Positions 34,254-44,502 of a stretch of 64,000 nt of DNA are shown here, in pieces. The number at the start of each line of letters is the position of its first letter. The stretch's first letter is position 1. The notes beneath the pieces are model-generated. The model ran no database searches, was not told where the DNA came from, and saw only the letters and a list, made by a program, of their open reading frames with translations. The stretch lies in sequence record MK250019.1, one strand, 5' to 3'. A program made the position numbers and the translations under genes.

Positions 34254-34477
34254 CGCAGAAAGAAAGATACGATAAGATTTGTGAACTTGTTGATGTAGTA
34301 GATGATATTAAAGATAAACTTTGGAATATTGTCTGGGAGGCACAAGAAGGAAATTTTAAGGATCATTTTGATAATCTTCAAAAAGCAGAGAGAGTCGCGA
34401 TTATTGGAATTTTGAATGATGCAGCTAGACTTTCATCTTCAATAGGACAATATCAGCATTGGTTTGAAGAAAAATAA
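34250..34477 (+). CDS. Hypothetical protein
   Basis: ATGA-coupled ORF. Confidence 0.7.
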   Translation: MTQKERYDKICELVDVVDDIKDKLWNIVWEAQEGNFKDHFDNLQKAERVAIIGILNDAARLSSSIGQYQHWFEEK

Positions 34478-34550
34478 ACATTTACTATATTTTATACTAT
34501 AATAAGTAGATATTGCATAAGATTACTAATTTATTTTATAATAATTAAAT

Positions 34551-35327
34551 ATGAAGGAAAAAGAAGTACAAACAAAGGAATTATATCCATTTATTAGTGA
34601 TGCTATTAAGAAAATGGATATTAGTCTTGAAAATATTCAATGGGCACATAAAATTATTACGAATAATACTGCTGGATATTTGGATGATATTAATAAGATT
34701 CAAAAGTATGTTGAGAATATTATTGATAATGCATGTTCCGTATTTCGTGAGAAGATTACAAAAGAATTGTCATTAGATGATTTACTTTTGTATGCTCAGG
34801 TTGCAAAGACATCTCAAGACTTTGATAATAACAAGAAACGAACATCTTTTTTTGATAAAAAAATACAGGATATTACAATTAAAGACATTGATTTAATTAA
34901 TAGTACGGGTACAAGTACATATAAAGCTATTGAACAAGATTTATTTGGTAATTCTACTAAAGCTCCAGAAATTCAGAAAAGATATTGTACAGGTAGATCA
35001 ATAGCAAGAAAGGTAAAAGATACCATTAAACTTTATGATAATATTAATGATGTACCTTGCCCTGTTGGAAAACAAGCAGTATACCGTTTAGCTGTATGTA
35101 TACCTAAGAGGTTTAATAAGGTAAATTCATATAAGAGACAGCTTATATATGGACGAATTCCTACAATGTATTTTATTTCTGATAATAGAGATAGAGATTT
35201 CATTATTGCAAGAAATAATTTTACCAAGTTAATTAGAAAGAAATATTATGATGCTCTTCGTGAATATGAAGAGAAGTATGTACCTATTGGACATGATATT
35301 TCTATGAAAAAAATAAGTGTATTATGA
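34551..35327 (+). CDS. Hypothetical protein
   Basis: 258-aa ORF in the operon. Confidence 0.75.
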   Translation: MKEKEVQTKELYPFISDAIKKMDISLENIQWAHKIITNNTAGYLDDINKIQKYVENIIDNACSVFREKITKELSLDDLLLYAQVAKTSQDFDNNKKRTSFFDKKIQDITIKDIDLINSTGTSTYKAIEQDLFGNSTKAPEIQKRYCTGRSIARKVKDTIKLYDNINDVPCPVGKQAVYRLAVCIPKRFNKVNSYKRQLIYGRIPTMYFISDNRDRDFIIARNNFTKLIRKKYYDALREYEEKYVPIGHDISMKKISVL

Positions 35328-35854
35328 TTGGAGCATATATTTTATTTTTATTTTTGTTTATATTATCATTCGGTATAACATCAGTAATAATATTGTCACT
35401 TAATACTTTACATAGTGATAGAAGAGATGAAGGACATTCAACATGGTTTTTGAAGTTGGTCATATTATTTATGTGTATTGCATCATTTAAGATTACATAT
35501 AATATTATTGATAAACCGAATATATGGTTTTGTACAGATGAACCAATTGCAACAAATAAAAATATGGAAACATATGTTTATTATAATTTCTTTCAAACTG
35601 ATTCTGTAGTAAAAGAAGTACATAAATTTGAATATATAAAAGCAATAATTACGCGTGAAAAAATGCAAGATGAAGGTGATGAAGGTTCATCACATATGCA
35701 TATAGATGTGAAGTCTGCAGATGGAAATTATTTTATTAAAGATTATTGTACAAGATTTGAAGATTTACCATATAATGAGTTTAAGAAGCGTATTGCATTT
35801 AGGAAAGAATATTGGCCAGATGTACATTATGAATTAATTTATTTTAGTAATTAA
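35324..35854 (+). CDS. Hypothetical membrane protein
   Basis: Two N-terminal hydrophobic segments. Confidence 0.7.
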   Translation: MIGAYILFLFLFILSFGITSVIILSLNTLHSDRRDEGHSTWFLKLVILFMCIASFKITYNIIDKPNIWFCTDEPIATNKNMETYVYYNFFQTDSVVKEVHKFEYIKAIITREKMQDEGDEGSSHMHIDVKSADGNYFIKDYCTRFEDLPYNEFKKRIAFRKEYWPDVHYELIYFSN

Positions 35855-35858
35855 AATT

Positions 35859-36275
35859 ATGAGTATATTTGTAAATTTTTTAATATTCATACATTTAATT
35901 CCAGCATTTCTTGTATTTTATATATATTATATTATTCCATATCTTGAATTAAAGAAAGGCGCATCTCTTAATGATTATGTAAATGCTGTAGAATTTGATG
36001 GAATTCCTGCATTAACTGTATGTACATTATTACCGATATTTAACTGGATAATAATTAAGAGTTATTTTGACCCTGATGATTATGCAGATAGCAGAAGCTG
36101 TAAAGATTATGAGAAAGCCTGTAAGATAAGAGATTATTTACTTAAATTAATAGTAGGGTTATATAGATTTATTGCAGAATTTATAACTGCAATATGGATG
36201 TTAATTGTATGGATGTTTGGATTAAAATATGTATTTAAAGTTATTAGAAAAATATTAACATTTAAAATAAAGTAA
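35859..36275 (+). CDS. Hypothetical membrane protein
   Basis: Several hydrophobic segments. Confidence 0.7.
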   Translation: MSIFVNFLIFIHLIPAFLVFYIYYIIPYLELKKGASLNDYVNAVEFDGIPALTVCTLLPIFNWIIIKSYFDPDDYADSRSCKDYEKACKIRDYLLKLIVGLYRFIAEFITAIWMLIVWMFGLKYVFKVIRKILTFKIK

Positions 36276-36282
36276 AGATATT

Positions 36283-36564
36283 ATGGAACTTACAAAAGAA
36301 TATCTGTTGGAACATGGATATGAAACTAATCATCCTGATAGAGTTTTGTGTCGTTTTTATAAAACAAATAATAAGAATCCAGAGTGGAGAGTTAGTGTAG
36401 AACAGGAATACCTTCCATTAAGTAATAAACTTGCATTTAATATTAATTGCTGGAGATGTAATGAAACCGGAGCAATTATTAAACGTGCATCTGTAAGTTA
36501 TGCAGATACAGTAGAAGAACTTAATGCAGTTATTCAGATGTGTGGTATTGATATTAATATGTAA
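36283..36564 (+). CDS. Hypothetical protein
   Basis: 93-aa ORF in the operon. Confidence 0.7.
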   Translation: MELTKEYLLEHGYETNHPDRVLCRFYKTNNKNPEWRVSVEQEYLPLSNKLAFNINCWRCNETGAIIKRASVSYADTVEELNAVIQMCGIDINM

Positions 36565-36635
36565 AAATAAAATGGTTAATAGATTTTATATAGTAATTAT
36601 ATTTAATCCATTAACCATTCTAATAATTTATTAAT

Positions 36636-37361
36636 ATGGATAATAAAAGTACAAGAAAAGAAAAAGCTATTAATCATACAGAACAGATGAATAAAGAATA
36701 TTCTATAATGATTAATGCTTCTATAATTAATTCTATTATATATACAGATGATAATGTATACAACAATAATGTAATTGTTGTTGTTGAAAACATGACAACA
36801 ACAGATGCTGTATCTAAATATAAGCATGATGAAAAACTTTGTGTTTTAAATTTTGCAAGTTATAAAAAACCTGGTGGAGGATTTATAAATGGTGCTATTG
36901 CACAAGAAGAAGCTATTTGTCATGATAGCACATTATATAATGTTATTTCATCTGAAAAATTTGAGTCTTACTATGAAGATAATAAAAACAATGCTAATGG
37001 TGGATTATATAGAAATGCAGCAATTTATTCACCAAGTATTGTATTTAGTAATAGTAAAGCAGTTGTTAATGTTATAACATGTGCTGCACCTAATTTGAGT
37101 ATATTTAAAGGACCTAAATATAAAGCATATGATACAATTAGAAATAGAATAAAATTTATTCTCGATATTGCTGAAAAGAATAATGAAACTGAATTAATTT
37201 TAGGTGCATTTGGATGTGGAGTTTTTAAAAATGATCCAGAATTTGTAGCCTCAACATTTAAAGATTTACTTTATTCTACTAATTACTATCATTTTAAAAA
37301 AGTAATATTCGCTATACCAGGAGGTATAAATTATGATATATTTAAAAAAGTCTTTGAATAA
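36636..37361 (+). CDS. Macrodomain ADP-ribosylhydrolase, microbial PARG (TIGR02452/DUF2263-like)
   Basis: VLNFASYKKPGGGFINGAIAQEEAIC...LILGAFGCGVFKNDP signature. Confidence 0.9.
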   Translation: MDNKSTRKEKAINHTEQMNKEYSIMINASIINSIIYTDDNVYNNNVIVVVENMTTTDAVSKYKHDEKLCVLNFASYKKPGGGFINGAIAQEEAICHDSTLYNVISSEKFESYYEDNKNNANGGLYRNAAIYSPSIVFSNSKAVVNVITCAAPNLSIFKGPKYKAYDTIRNRIKFILDIAEKNNETELILGAFGCGVFKNDPEFVASTFKDLLYSTNYYHFKKVIFAIPGGINYDIFKKVFE

Positions 37362-37385
37362 TTTTTTTATTTAAAGAATAATGTG

Positions 37386-37393
37386 TATCTTTG
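37386..37393 (+). promoter_or_regulatory. Bacteroidetes-type -7 promoter element
   Basis: GTGTATCTTTGTA upstream of 37422. Confidence 0.6.
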
Positions 37394-37421
37394 TATTGTT
37401 AAATAATAAAACAATAAAGAT

Positions 37422-37643
37422 ATGGATAAGAAACTCAAGATACAAATAACACTTCTTACAGTTATTATTACAGTAGGAATCATTATAATTAACAATGCAA
37501 AATCAAAAGTTAATTATATTTTAGAACCATGTCCTATATGTGGTTCATCAGAAGTTCTTGATTGCGGTTATGATAATATGAAGTATCAAGAACATGCACA
37601 TTGTGTTACTTGTAATAGAGATTTCTATATTGATGTAGATTAA
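37422..37643 (+). CDS. Small Zn-ribbon protein (Lar-like CPxCG...CxxC) with N-terminal TM segment
   Basis: LEPCPICGS...HCVTC. Confidence 0.6.
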   Translation: MDKKLKIQITLLTVIITVGIIIINNAKSKVNYILEPCPICGSSEVLDCGYDNMKYQEHAHCVTCNRDFYIDVD

Positions 37644-37749
37644 ATATTTCCTACTGTATTTTACAAAGGTTTAAAGAATGTTAGCGAATATTCTTTAAAC
37701 CTTTTCTTTTTATATAAACATTTTTTAATTATTTGAATACAAATTATAT

Positions 37750-38073
37750 ATGATAAAGTTTAAAAATAAAAATATTGAAAGAGAAACTGAAATACGATAT
37801 TTAACATATATTACAGGACGTTCGTATTCATATAACGATGGAGTTAAACATCTAACAAATGTTATTCAAAAAATAATGTCCAATAATGATAATAATAGAA
37901 AATATTTAAATGAAATTGTATATGCTGATGTAATTCCATATATATATGGTTATTCAGAAACACATACAATTTATTATGTATCTGTAATAGTAAAACGTAC
38001 ATATTATAAAGATATGTATGAGTCTTTATATCTATATAATAGAGCATTAGAGGAAACAGAAATAAAGTTATGA
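37750..38073 (+). CDS. Hypothetical protein
   Basis: 107-aa ORF. Confidence 0.65.
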   Translation: MIKFKNKNIERETEIRYLTYITGRSYSYNDGVKHLTNVIQKIMSNNDNNRKYLNEIVYADVIPYIYGYSETHTIYYVSVIVKRTYYKDMYESLYLYNRALEETEIKL

Positions 38074-38222
38074 TAGTAGATATGAATGTATTAGAAGAAC
38101 CAAAAGAATTTAAAGATTTTGGTAATTATCTTCAAAAAACATATAAATTTTCTAATGAACAAATAATTTCTATTACTAGTGAAATACATAAGTTAATTAG
38201 AAAAAAATTAAAAGAAAAATAA
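38070..38222 (+). CDS. Small hypothetical protein (50 aa)
   Basis: ATGA-coupled, MIVDMNVLEEPKEF; fills the gap. Confidence 0.55.
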   Translation: MIVDMNVLEEPKEFKDFGNYLQKTYKFSNEQIISITSEIHKLIRKKLKEK

Positions 38223-38234
38223 GTAGTTGAATAT

Positions 38235-38705
38235 ATGGGTTTATTTAAATATCCAAGTATGCATGAATTGAAGGATATTGCAATGATTTATAATGATAAT
38301 GAATGGGATAACGCAAAATTAGTTGTATGGGATCCAGAATATCAGAGAGAATATAATATATCATTTACAGGTTCTTCTAGACCAACTGAAAATGAAGTAG
38401 GTAAAGTTCATTTTAATATAACAAGAGTTAAAGATGAAAAATCTGCTGATGAAGAAGCGATAGATAAAGAATTAGATGAACAATTTCCTACTTTATCACA
38501 ATTAGAGAAAAATAAGTATGAACTTATTTTTAGACGTGGTGTTGAATATGGAAAAAATGTTATTAAGAATGAATTATTAAAAGAAATATTTAAATCACCA
38601 TGTGAATCATGCGGAAATTATATGATGTCAGATGATTGCGTATGTAATAAATTATATAAGTATTGTGATTTTATAAAAGAAGTTAAAAAAAGGATTGAGA
38701 ATTGA
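38235..38705 (+). CDS. Hypothetical protein
   Basis: 156 aa, Cys cluster at the C-terminus; followed by a hairpin overlapping the stop. Confidence 0.7.
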   Translation: MGLFKYPSMHELKDIAMIYNDNEWDNAKLVVWDPEYQREYNISFTGSSRPTENEVGKVHFNITRVKDEKSADEEAIDKELDEQFPTLSQLEKNKYELIFRRGVEYGKNVIKNELLKEIFKSPCESCGNYMMSDDCVCNKLYKYCDFIKEVKKRIEN

Positions 38706-38732
38706 ATATTCTCAATCCTTTAATTTTATATA

Positions 38733-39314
38733 TTAATATAAATCTTCATCATCATTTTCATCATACAAATAATCATCAGAATCAGTTTCTTCATCATATT
38801 CATCATCTTCTTGAGGATCTCCAGTATATATTTCTTCTACATTATCATTATCAATATAAAATGTGAATGTTCCATCTTCATATGATAACTTTATAGTATG
38901 AGAATCTGCATCATCTACATCAATAACTGTTACATCTTTATCATTTCTAAGTTCCTCAATATCCTTACAATATGAAGAATCAAAGATACCTAACGCACCT
39001 GCATCTACTCCATATGTTTTACCAGACATTGAATCATATGAACCATCACCAAATGCAGTTCCATGAACAAAACCGATAATATTATTATCATCTGTGATTA
39101 TACCATCTTCATAATCTGGTCCCCAACAATTTTCATAAATATCATCATCTAAAATATAACAAGGATCACCAATAACCATTGTTAATTTTTCACCTTCTGT
39201 ATCTATTGTTTCAGTGTAAGAATCTGAACTGTTACTATAACTTTCATTAATTTTTGTTTTAACAGATTTTGCAATGGAAGTTATAATATTTTCATAAAGT
39301 TTTTTACTATTCAT
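38733..39314 (-). CDS. Acidic hypothetical protein (GDPCY...GDG...VDAG family)
   Basis: VIGDPCY, TAFGDGSY and GVDAGALG motifs. Confidence 0.7.
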   Translation of the reverse strand: MNSKKLYENIITSIAKSVKTKINESYSNSSDSYTETIDTEGEKLTMVIGDPCYILDDDIYENCWGPDYEDGIITDDNNIIGFVHGTAFGDGSYDSMSGKTYGVDAGALGIFDSSYCKDIEELRNDKDVTVIDVDDADSHTIKLSYEDGTFTFYIDNDNVEEIYTGDPQEDDEYDEETDSDDYLYDENDDEDLY

Positions 39315-39437
39315 AAATTAATATATAATTTATTTTTATATTTATATTTATTTGCTCATATTTTGATTAATATATAGTTAGCTTAGTATTTATATATTTT
39401 ATTAATTACATGATGATACAGAGCAAATATAGTATAA

Positions 39438-39475
39438 AAAATGAGATATAACTATTGGATGTTATATCTCATTTT
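39438..39475. terminator. Intrinsic terminator closing the ETNSSS operon
   Basis: AAAATGAGATATAAC...GTTATATCTCATTTT. Confidence 0.75.
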
Positions 39476-39481
39476 ATTTAA

Positions 39482-39787
39482 TTAACTATCATAACCATAT
39501 CGTCCAAATGCATGAACAATTTCACCTCCTGGTGTTTTATATGATTCATCATATGTTTCCATATCATAATCATTAAAATAATCATCATATGATTTATAAT
39601 CATCATCTGAATCATATTTCTCTTGATTTGATTCATACTCTTCTCTTGTAATGAAAACCTCACTATATTTGCCATATAGAAGTTCACCATTTTCCCACTT
39701 TTTATATTCTGAATCAGAACACATAGTAAGTGTATGGACAGAACTTGAATTGGTTTCAAATACACCTTGTCTTACAGATACTTTCAT
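39482..39787 (-). CDS. FETNSSS-motif protein 5
   Basis: MKVSVRQGVFETNSSSVHTL. Confidence 0.85.
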   Translation of the reverse strand: MKVSVRQGVFETNSSSVHTLTMCSDSEYKKWENGELLYGKYSEVFITREEYESNQEKYDSDDDYKSYDDYFNDYDMETYDESYKTPGGEIVHAFGRYGYDS

Positions 39788-39809
39788 TTTATTAAATTTA
39801 TCTTAATTT

Positions 39810-40370
39810 TTAATTACCTTTATCAAAATCCCAAGATGAACCAAAATCTGGTGTTTCTACTTCTTCATCAACATTATCATTACCTGTTGATACATAACTA
39901 TTATAATCAAACAAATAATTCAAAAGTCTTTTTTCATTAAATACTGTTGACTCAATAAAATCACCAAGGTCTTCTGTATGGTCAATATAACCATCATCTT
40001 TTTCACCTTCTGCATTCTTACATACTATGTAAGTATATGTGTCACCATTATCATATGTATGAGTATGCATAGAAATATCATCATAAACAAATACGGCTTT
40101 AATTCCATATTTTGCAAGTGTTTCTTTAATTGCTTGCATACATTCTTTAACTTTATCAATATTTTTCCAATAATATCCAATAATGGCTTCCCATAGATAT
40201 GATGCTTTATCTGATGTATTGAAATAGATTTCAAAATCCCATCCAAAATCTCCTTTATCAAATCTTACTGCATCTGGATATTCAGTAATATTTGATTTCT
40301 TAATAATAGAAATTGCATGTGTAGAACTTGAATTGGTTTCAAATACACTTTGTCTAATTTGTACTTTCAT
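39810..40370 (-). CDS. FETNSSS-motif protein 4
   Basis: MKVQIRQSVFETNSSSTHAI. Confidence 0.85.
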   Translation of the reverse strand: MKVQIRQSVFETNSSSTHAISIIKKSNITEYPDAVRFDKGDFGWDFEIYFNTSDKASYLWEAIIGYYWKNIDKVKECMQAIKETLAKYGIKAVFVYDDISMHTHTYDNGDTYTYIVCKNAEGEKDDGYIDHTEDLGDFIESTVFNEKRLLNYLFDYNSYVSTGNDNVDEEVETPDFGSSWDFDKGN

Positions 40371-40396
40371 TTACTTTATTTTTAAAAATTAATAGA

Positions 40397-40753
40397 TTAA
40401 CATGGTTGATATGTAGAAACAACAATAGTAGAATCAACACCATTAGAGTCTTTTATAACCTCTGTAATAGTATCCCAACCTTCATCCGCATAATGATAAA
40501 TATCCTTCCATACTTCATAAGGGATATAATCATAGTCATCGAACCAAATATCTTCATCTACATTATTAGGATCATAAATTAATTGATCCTTTGGGACATC
40601 TTTTACATTAATAAGTTTGTCTGCTGATGGTCCATTTTCAATAACCATTTTTCCTTCTTTAAATGCTTGCCAATCACTACCATTAAATAATGCTAATGAA
40701 TGTGTAGAACTTGAATTCGTTTCAAATACGCCTTCTCTAATCTGAATTTTCAT
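40397..40753 (-). CDS. FETNSSS-motif protein 3
   Basis: MKIQIREGVFETNSSSTHSL. Confidence 0.85.
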   Translation of the reverse strand: MKIQIREGVFETNSSSTHSLALFNGSDWQAFKEGKMVIENGPSADKLINVKDVPKDQLIYDPNNVDEDIWFDDYDYIPYEVWKDIYHYADEGWDTITEVIKDSNGVDSTIVVSTYQPC

Positions 40754-40756
40754 ATA

Positions 40757-41428
40757 TTATAAAATATAAATTTTTGGCTTATTATAAGGTGCATATGCAA
40801 TATCTTGAAATGTAATAATATTTTCATCTTTCATTACATCATCAAAGAATTTATCGAACTCATCTACAGTAATCCATTTATTATTACCATGTTCAGAAAA
40901 ATATTTTACATGTGTATCTGTATTTTCTATTGTTTCTGTATATACACCATGTTCAAGATTATTGATTACATGTACAATATCATAACCTTTACTTTTTGTA
41001 TATTCTTTAATTCGTTCAACAAATCTTGCATATACTTTAGTATCTGTTAGCAATGTATCATGATATTCATTTTCAAAATAAGTTGAACCATATGCATCTC
41101 TATTATAATCTTCTATATAATATGCATTTTCATTTAATGCCATTGCAATATACTGAAGTTTTGCAATCCAGTTTGAGATAATATAATAAACATTTCCACA
41201 TTCATCACCATTTTCAAAATATATGCCTGTAAGTGTAAATGTTTTATTTTCTTTATCAATACAAAGTAAAGGATTAAACATATCATTATCAATGTTTTCC
41301 TTATATTGCTCTATAATAGCTTTGAATATATTATCTCTAACTGAATTTATAGAACCTTTAGTAATTTGCAAACTATGAGTAGAACTTGAATTGGTTTCAA
41401 ATACTCCTCTCCTAATTTGTATTTTCAT
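40757..41428 (-). CDS. FETNSSS-motif protein 2
   Basis: MKIQIRRGVFETNSSSTHSL; start placed at the motif Met. Confidence 0.85.
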   Translation of the reverse strand: MKIQIRRGVFETNSSSTHSLQITKGSINSVRDNIFKAIIEQYKENIDNDMFNPLLCIDKENKTFTLTGIYFENGDECGNVYYIISNWIAKLQYIAMALNENAYYIEDYNRDAYGSTYFENEYHDTLLTDTKVYARFVERIKEYTKSKGYDIVHVINNLEHGVYTETIENTDTHVKYFSEHGNNKWITVDEFDKFFDDVMKDENIITFQDIAYAPYNKPKIYIL

Positions 41429-41430
41429 AT

Positions 41431-41928
41431 TTAACAATATTCATAAAAATTTTTATATTTAGAACCTTGTGGAAGATCATTATCACTGCTAAAATAATTA
41501 TTATCAAAACATTGACATGATGATTTATTGTTAAAAATATATCCTAAAAGATATTTTTCAAATGTTTCATCATCAACATTATTATTGAAAATATTATCCA
41601 ATACATCTTCACACCAACCACTTGATTCATATTCACCATTTTCATCAATAAGGTAATCAAACTTAATTTCATATTTTGAAATTACCTTATTAATACGGTT
41701 TTTGCAATAAATGAAATTTGTTAATGAATCATTCATTGTCATGTAATTAAACAATGAATCAAGACGTTCCTGAAGTTTATCATTTGTTTGACGTTTATCC
41801 CATGGTATACCAAGTTTAAATGTCATACCTGCATATTTTTCAATATTTACTGGTTCCAAACATATAGTTAATGTATGTACGGAACTTGAATTTGTTTCAA
41901 ATACACCTCGTCTAATTTGTACTTTCAT
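41431..41928 (-). CDS. FETNSSS-motif protein 1
   Basis: MKVQIRRGVFETNSSSVHTL. Confidence 0.85.
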   Translation of the reverse strand: MKVQIRRGVFETNSSSVHTLTICLEPVNIEKYAGMTFKLGIPWDKRQTNDKLQERLDSLFNYMTMNDSLTNFIYCKNRINKVISKYEIKFDYLIDENGEYESSGWCEDVLDNIFNNNVDDETFEKYLLGYIFNNKSSCQCFDNNYFSSDNDLPQGSKYKNFYEYC

Positions 41929-41942
41929 AATTATATATTATA

Positions 41943-42830
41943 TTACTTCTTGCTATATTTGTTTTGAATAAAATGAAACATTTCATCCATTGTCTTATCA
42001 CCAATAGGGAATCGCTCTTTTGAAATTGAATTCTTTGCAAATTCACCCTTTACCATATCAATATAGAATGTATAACCTCCGTCATCACCCATATAGAATT
42101 CATCCCATTCCTCTGATGAAAGAATACGCTGTACTTTAAGCTGTTCAATCGCAAGATTATCAAAACTCAAAACCTTAAAATATGTCTTAATCTCATCAAG
42201 ATTATCAAAAAGATATTTTGTATTATTCTTAATGAATTCATCATGTTGCTTATGATAGTTAATACCACGCTGCAAATCTTTATATCCAAGGAGCAATACT
42301 TTCAAATCATTATCACGAAGTTTTTGAATATCAGATTCTTTTAGAATTCCAACAATAGTATGTAGAACAGTATTAGGAATACTATTCATCTTTTCAATAA
42401 GTTCATCTGTAGGATGAATCAAAGAAACACCAATACCATAAACATACTTATGTTCAGACCATGTTTTCAATTTATCATAGTTTCTCAAGAACTGATTCTG
42501 ATTAACAGTAATGTTTGCATACACCTTCTTCTTCTTCAAAAATTCAAGGAATGCAACAAGATCAGGATGATCTAGATCATTGCCATTAAGAGCAATCTCT
42601 GTATATGGATGAAGAGTATTAATAAAAGGATATGAAAACAAGTCACCGTGTTTCCCTTCTGGTGAGCATCCCTCGTAGCAAAACTGACACATCTCTCGAC
42701 ACTTATCTGTTAATTTGCAATCTACGTTCTCAGAAAATGACGGAATGAATTCGTTATCCTCTGTTCGACGTATCTTAGTTCCATCACTCAAAATCGTTAC
42801 AATGTAATTACCATTCTTATAACTTGGCAT
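41943..42830 (-). CDS. Radical SAM enzyme (no SPASM domain)
   Basis: CREMCQFC CxxxCxxC motif, EIALNG and ANITVNQ; 295 aa. Confidence 0.9.
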   Translation of the reverse strand: MPSYKNGNYIVTILSDGTKIRRTEDNEFIPSFSENVDCKLTDKCREMCQFCYEGCSPEGKHGDLFSYPFINTLHPYTEIALNGNDLDHPDLVAFLEFLKKKKVYANITVNQNQFLRNYDKLKTWSEHKYVYGIGVSLIHPTDELIEKMNSIPNTVLHTIVGILKESDIQKLRDNDLKVLLLGYKDLQRGINYHKQHDEFIKNNTKYLFDNLDEIKTYFKVLSFDNLAIEQLKVQRILSSEEWDEFYMGDDGGYTFYIDMVKGEFAKNSISKERFPIGDKTMDEMFHFIQNKYSKK

Positions 42831-42877
42831 AATTCTTTTTATTTAAAAATTAATATTTGTGTTTAAAACTGATATTA

Positions 42878-42885
42878 CAAAGATA
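42878..42885 (-). promoter_or_regulatory. Bacteroidetes-type -7 promoter element driving the radical SAM operon
   Basis: ATGTATCTTTGTA about 50 nt upstream of the rSAM ATG. Confidence 0.65.
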
Positions 42886-43013
42886 CATAAAAGTTTTCAC
42901 ATAGAAAAATTTTTAACATTTATTTGATAAATAAAGAAATTTATATGATTTAAATAAACTTTTTATTATTTCTTTCTTAAATAATAGAAGATATATTTTA
43001 ATTTTTAATTTTA

Positions 43014-43355
43014 ATGATTATGACAGTATTTTACATTATTATGTTTATAGCATTGTATATTGCTTTTGGTATTACAATATTCGGAATTGGTTATAAATAC
43101 GATTTTTTAGATGTTCGAAAAGGTTATAAGCAATCAGTATGTCAAGGTGATGAATATTCAACAATTGTAATGAGTATTATTTTTTGGCCATTAATTGCAG
43201 CATGTTTTTTGTTGTTCTCAATACCACGACGTATAATAGATGGTCTTATTAATGCGATAGATGAAGATATAAGATATGAAGAATTATTACGTAATAAACG
43301 GTTGAAGAACAATAAAGATAATTATAATGGTAATGATAATAATATAAAATTATGA
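43014..43355 (+). CDS. Hypothetical membrane protein
   Basis: Two hydrophobic helices. Confidence 0.7.
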   Translation: MIMTVFYIIMFIALYIAFGITIFGIGYKYDFLDVRKGYKQSVCQGDEYSTIVMSIIFWPLIAACFLLFSIPRRIIDGLINAIDEDIRYEELLRNKRLKNNKDNYNGNDNNIKL

Positions 43356-43606
43356 TTAATAGATTACATATTTTAACAAAAAGTCGTAAATATACAGATT
43401 ATTACAGTGAATTTGTAAAGTATAAAGGGAAGAAAATAAAAATTGTTATAAAATTTGAATCAAACCGATTTGTTGCACGTCTATATTTGTTAACAAATTT
43501 AGGGTTGAACGAATTTGCATACTCATCTGATTTCGAATATGATGTTAATAAATTTAATTGTAATTTTGACAGTATAGATAAAAATGAAAAAAATAAAAAT
43601 GATTAA
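43352..43606 (+). CDS. Hypothetical protein (3' end possibly frameshifted at an A7 run)
   Basis: 84-aa ORF; one fewer A at 43587-43593 would add MINTLKDLSRDYITQVF. Confidence 0.6.
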   Translation: MINRLHILTKSRKYTDYYSEFVKYKGKKIKIVIKFESNRFVARLYLLTNLGLNEFAYSSDFEYDVNKFNCNFDSIDKNEKNKND

Positions 43607-43678
43607 TACATTAAAAGATTTATCAAGGGATTATATTACTCAAGTGTTCTAAATAATAAATATAAAAAAGAATACATA

Positions 43679-43948
43679 ATGATGAATAATATATTATCTT
43701 TTGTAATTATGTTTTTACAACATATATTATATATTATAGAAGGCTATTTAAAATGGTTATTTGATATTATAACATTTAAAGAATCTCGACTTTCTAAAAG
43801 GAGAATGATTATATGTAAAAAATGTGAGAATTATAATCATGGTATATGTGATAAATGTGGATGTATTCTTAAAGCAAAAACTAGAGTGGACTTTTTATTA
43901 GATAATGACGGAATTAGCATAGACGGATGTCCAATAAGGAAATGGTAA
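43679..43948 (+). CDS. Small Cys-rich (Zn-binding) phage protein
   Basis: ICKKC...CDKCGCILKAKT...CPIRKW. Confidence 0.7.
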   Translation: MMNNILSFVIMFLQHILYIIEGYLKWLFDIITFKESRLSKRRMIICKKCENYNHGICDKCGCILKAKTRVDFLLDNDGISIDGCPIRKW

Positions 43949-44004
43949 TAAACTATTTCCTTATTTTTTTATATAAGATATAAAAAATAAAATGTTATTA
44001 TTTA

Positions 44005-44502
44005 ATGACTGAAATTTTTAAAGATATTAAAAGAGAAATGCAGGAAATTCAAGATAATATAGGTGCTTTTCATGAAACAGGATTGAAAGATGACGGAATG
44101 ATGAAAATTAAACCGTCTATTACTGTATGTGTTGATTTTGATGGAACAATGGTTCAACATGAGTATCCTGATATTGGTAAAGAAACAGAAGGTTGTGTTG
44201 AAACATTAAAGCGATGGGTTGATGAATATAATGTAGGAATTATTCTCGATACTATGAGAAGTGGCGATTCATTGGATGAAGCTGTTGCATGGTGTAAAGA
44301 AAAAGGAATTAAATTATATGGTATCAGTAAAGATCCTGAACAGGAAAAATGGACAGATTCACCTAAAGCATATGCACCATTTTCTATTGATGACAGAAAT
44401 GTTGGATGTCCTTTAGTATATGGAAAATCAAGAAGACCATATGTAAACTGGGATAAGGTAGTAGAGATTTTTGAACCTGTTATTAAAATGTTTGCAAAAT
44501 GA
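44005..44502 (+). CDS. HAD-superfamily hydrolase
   Basis: CVDFDGT motif I, T-x-R motif II, SIDDRN motif IV. Confidence 0.8.
   Translation: MTEIFKDIKREMQEIQDNIGAFHETGLKDDGMMKIKPSITVCVDFDGTMVQHEYPDIGKETEGCVETLKRWVDEYNVGIILDTMRSGDSLDEAVAWCKEKGIKLYGISKDPEQEKWTDSPKAYAPFSIDDRNVGCPLVYGKSRRPYVNWDKVVEIFEPVIKMFAK

Noticed and set aside
43587-43652. Programmed frameshift or phase variation at an A7 run
   Set aside because: A single-base homopolymer error explains it equally well; there is no supporting structure or context.
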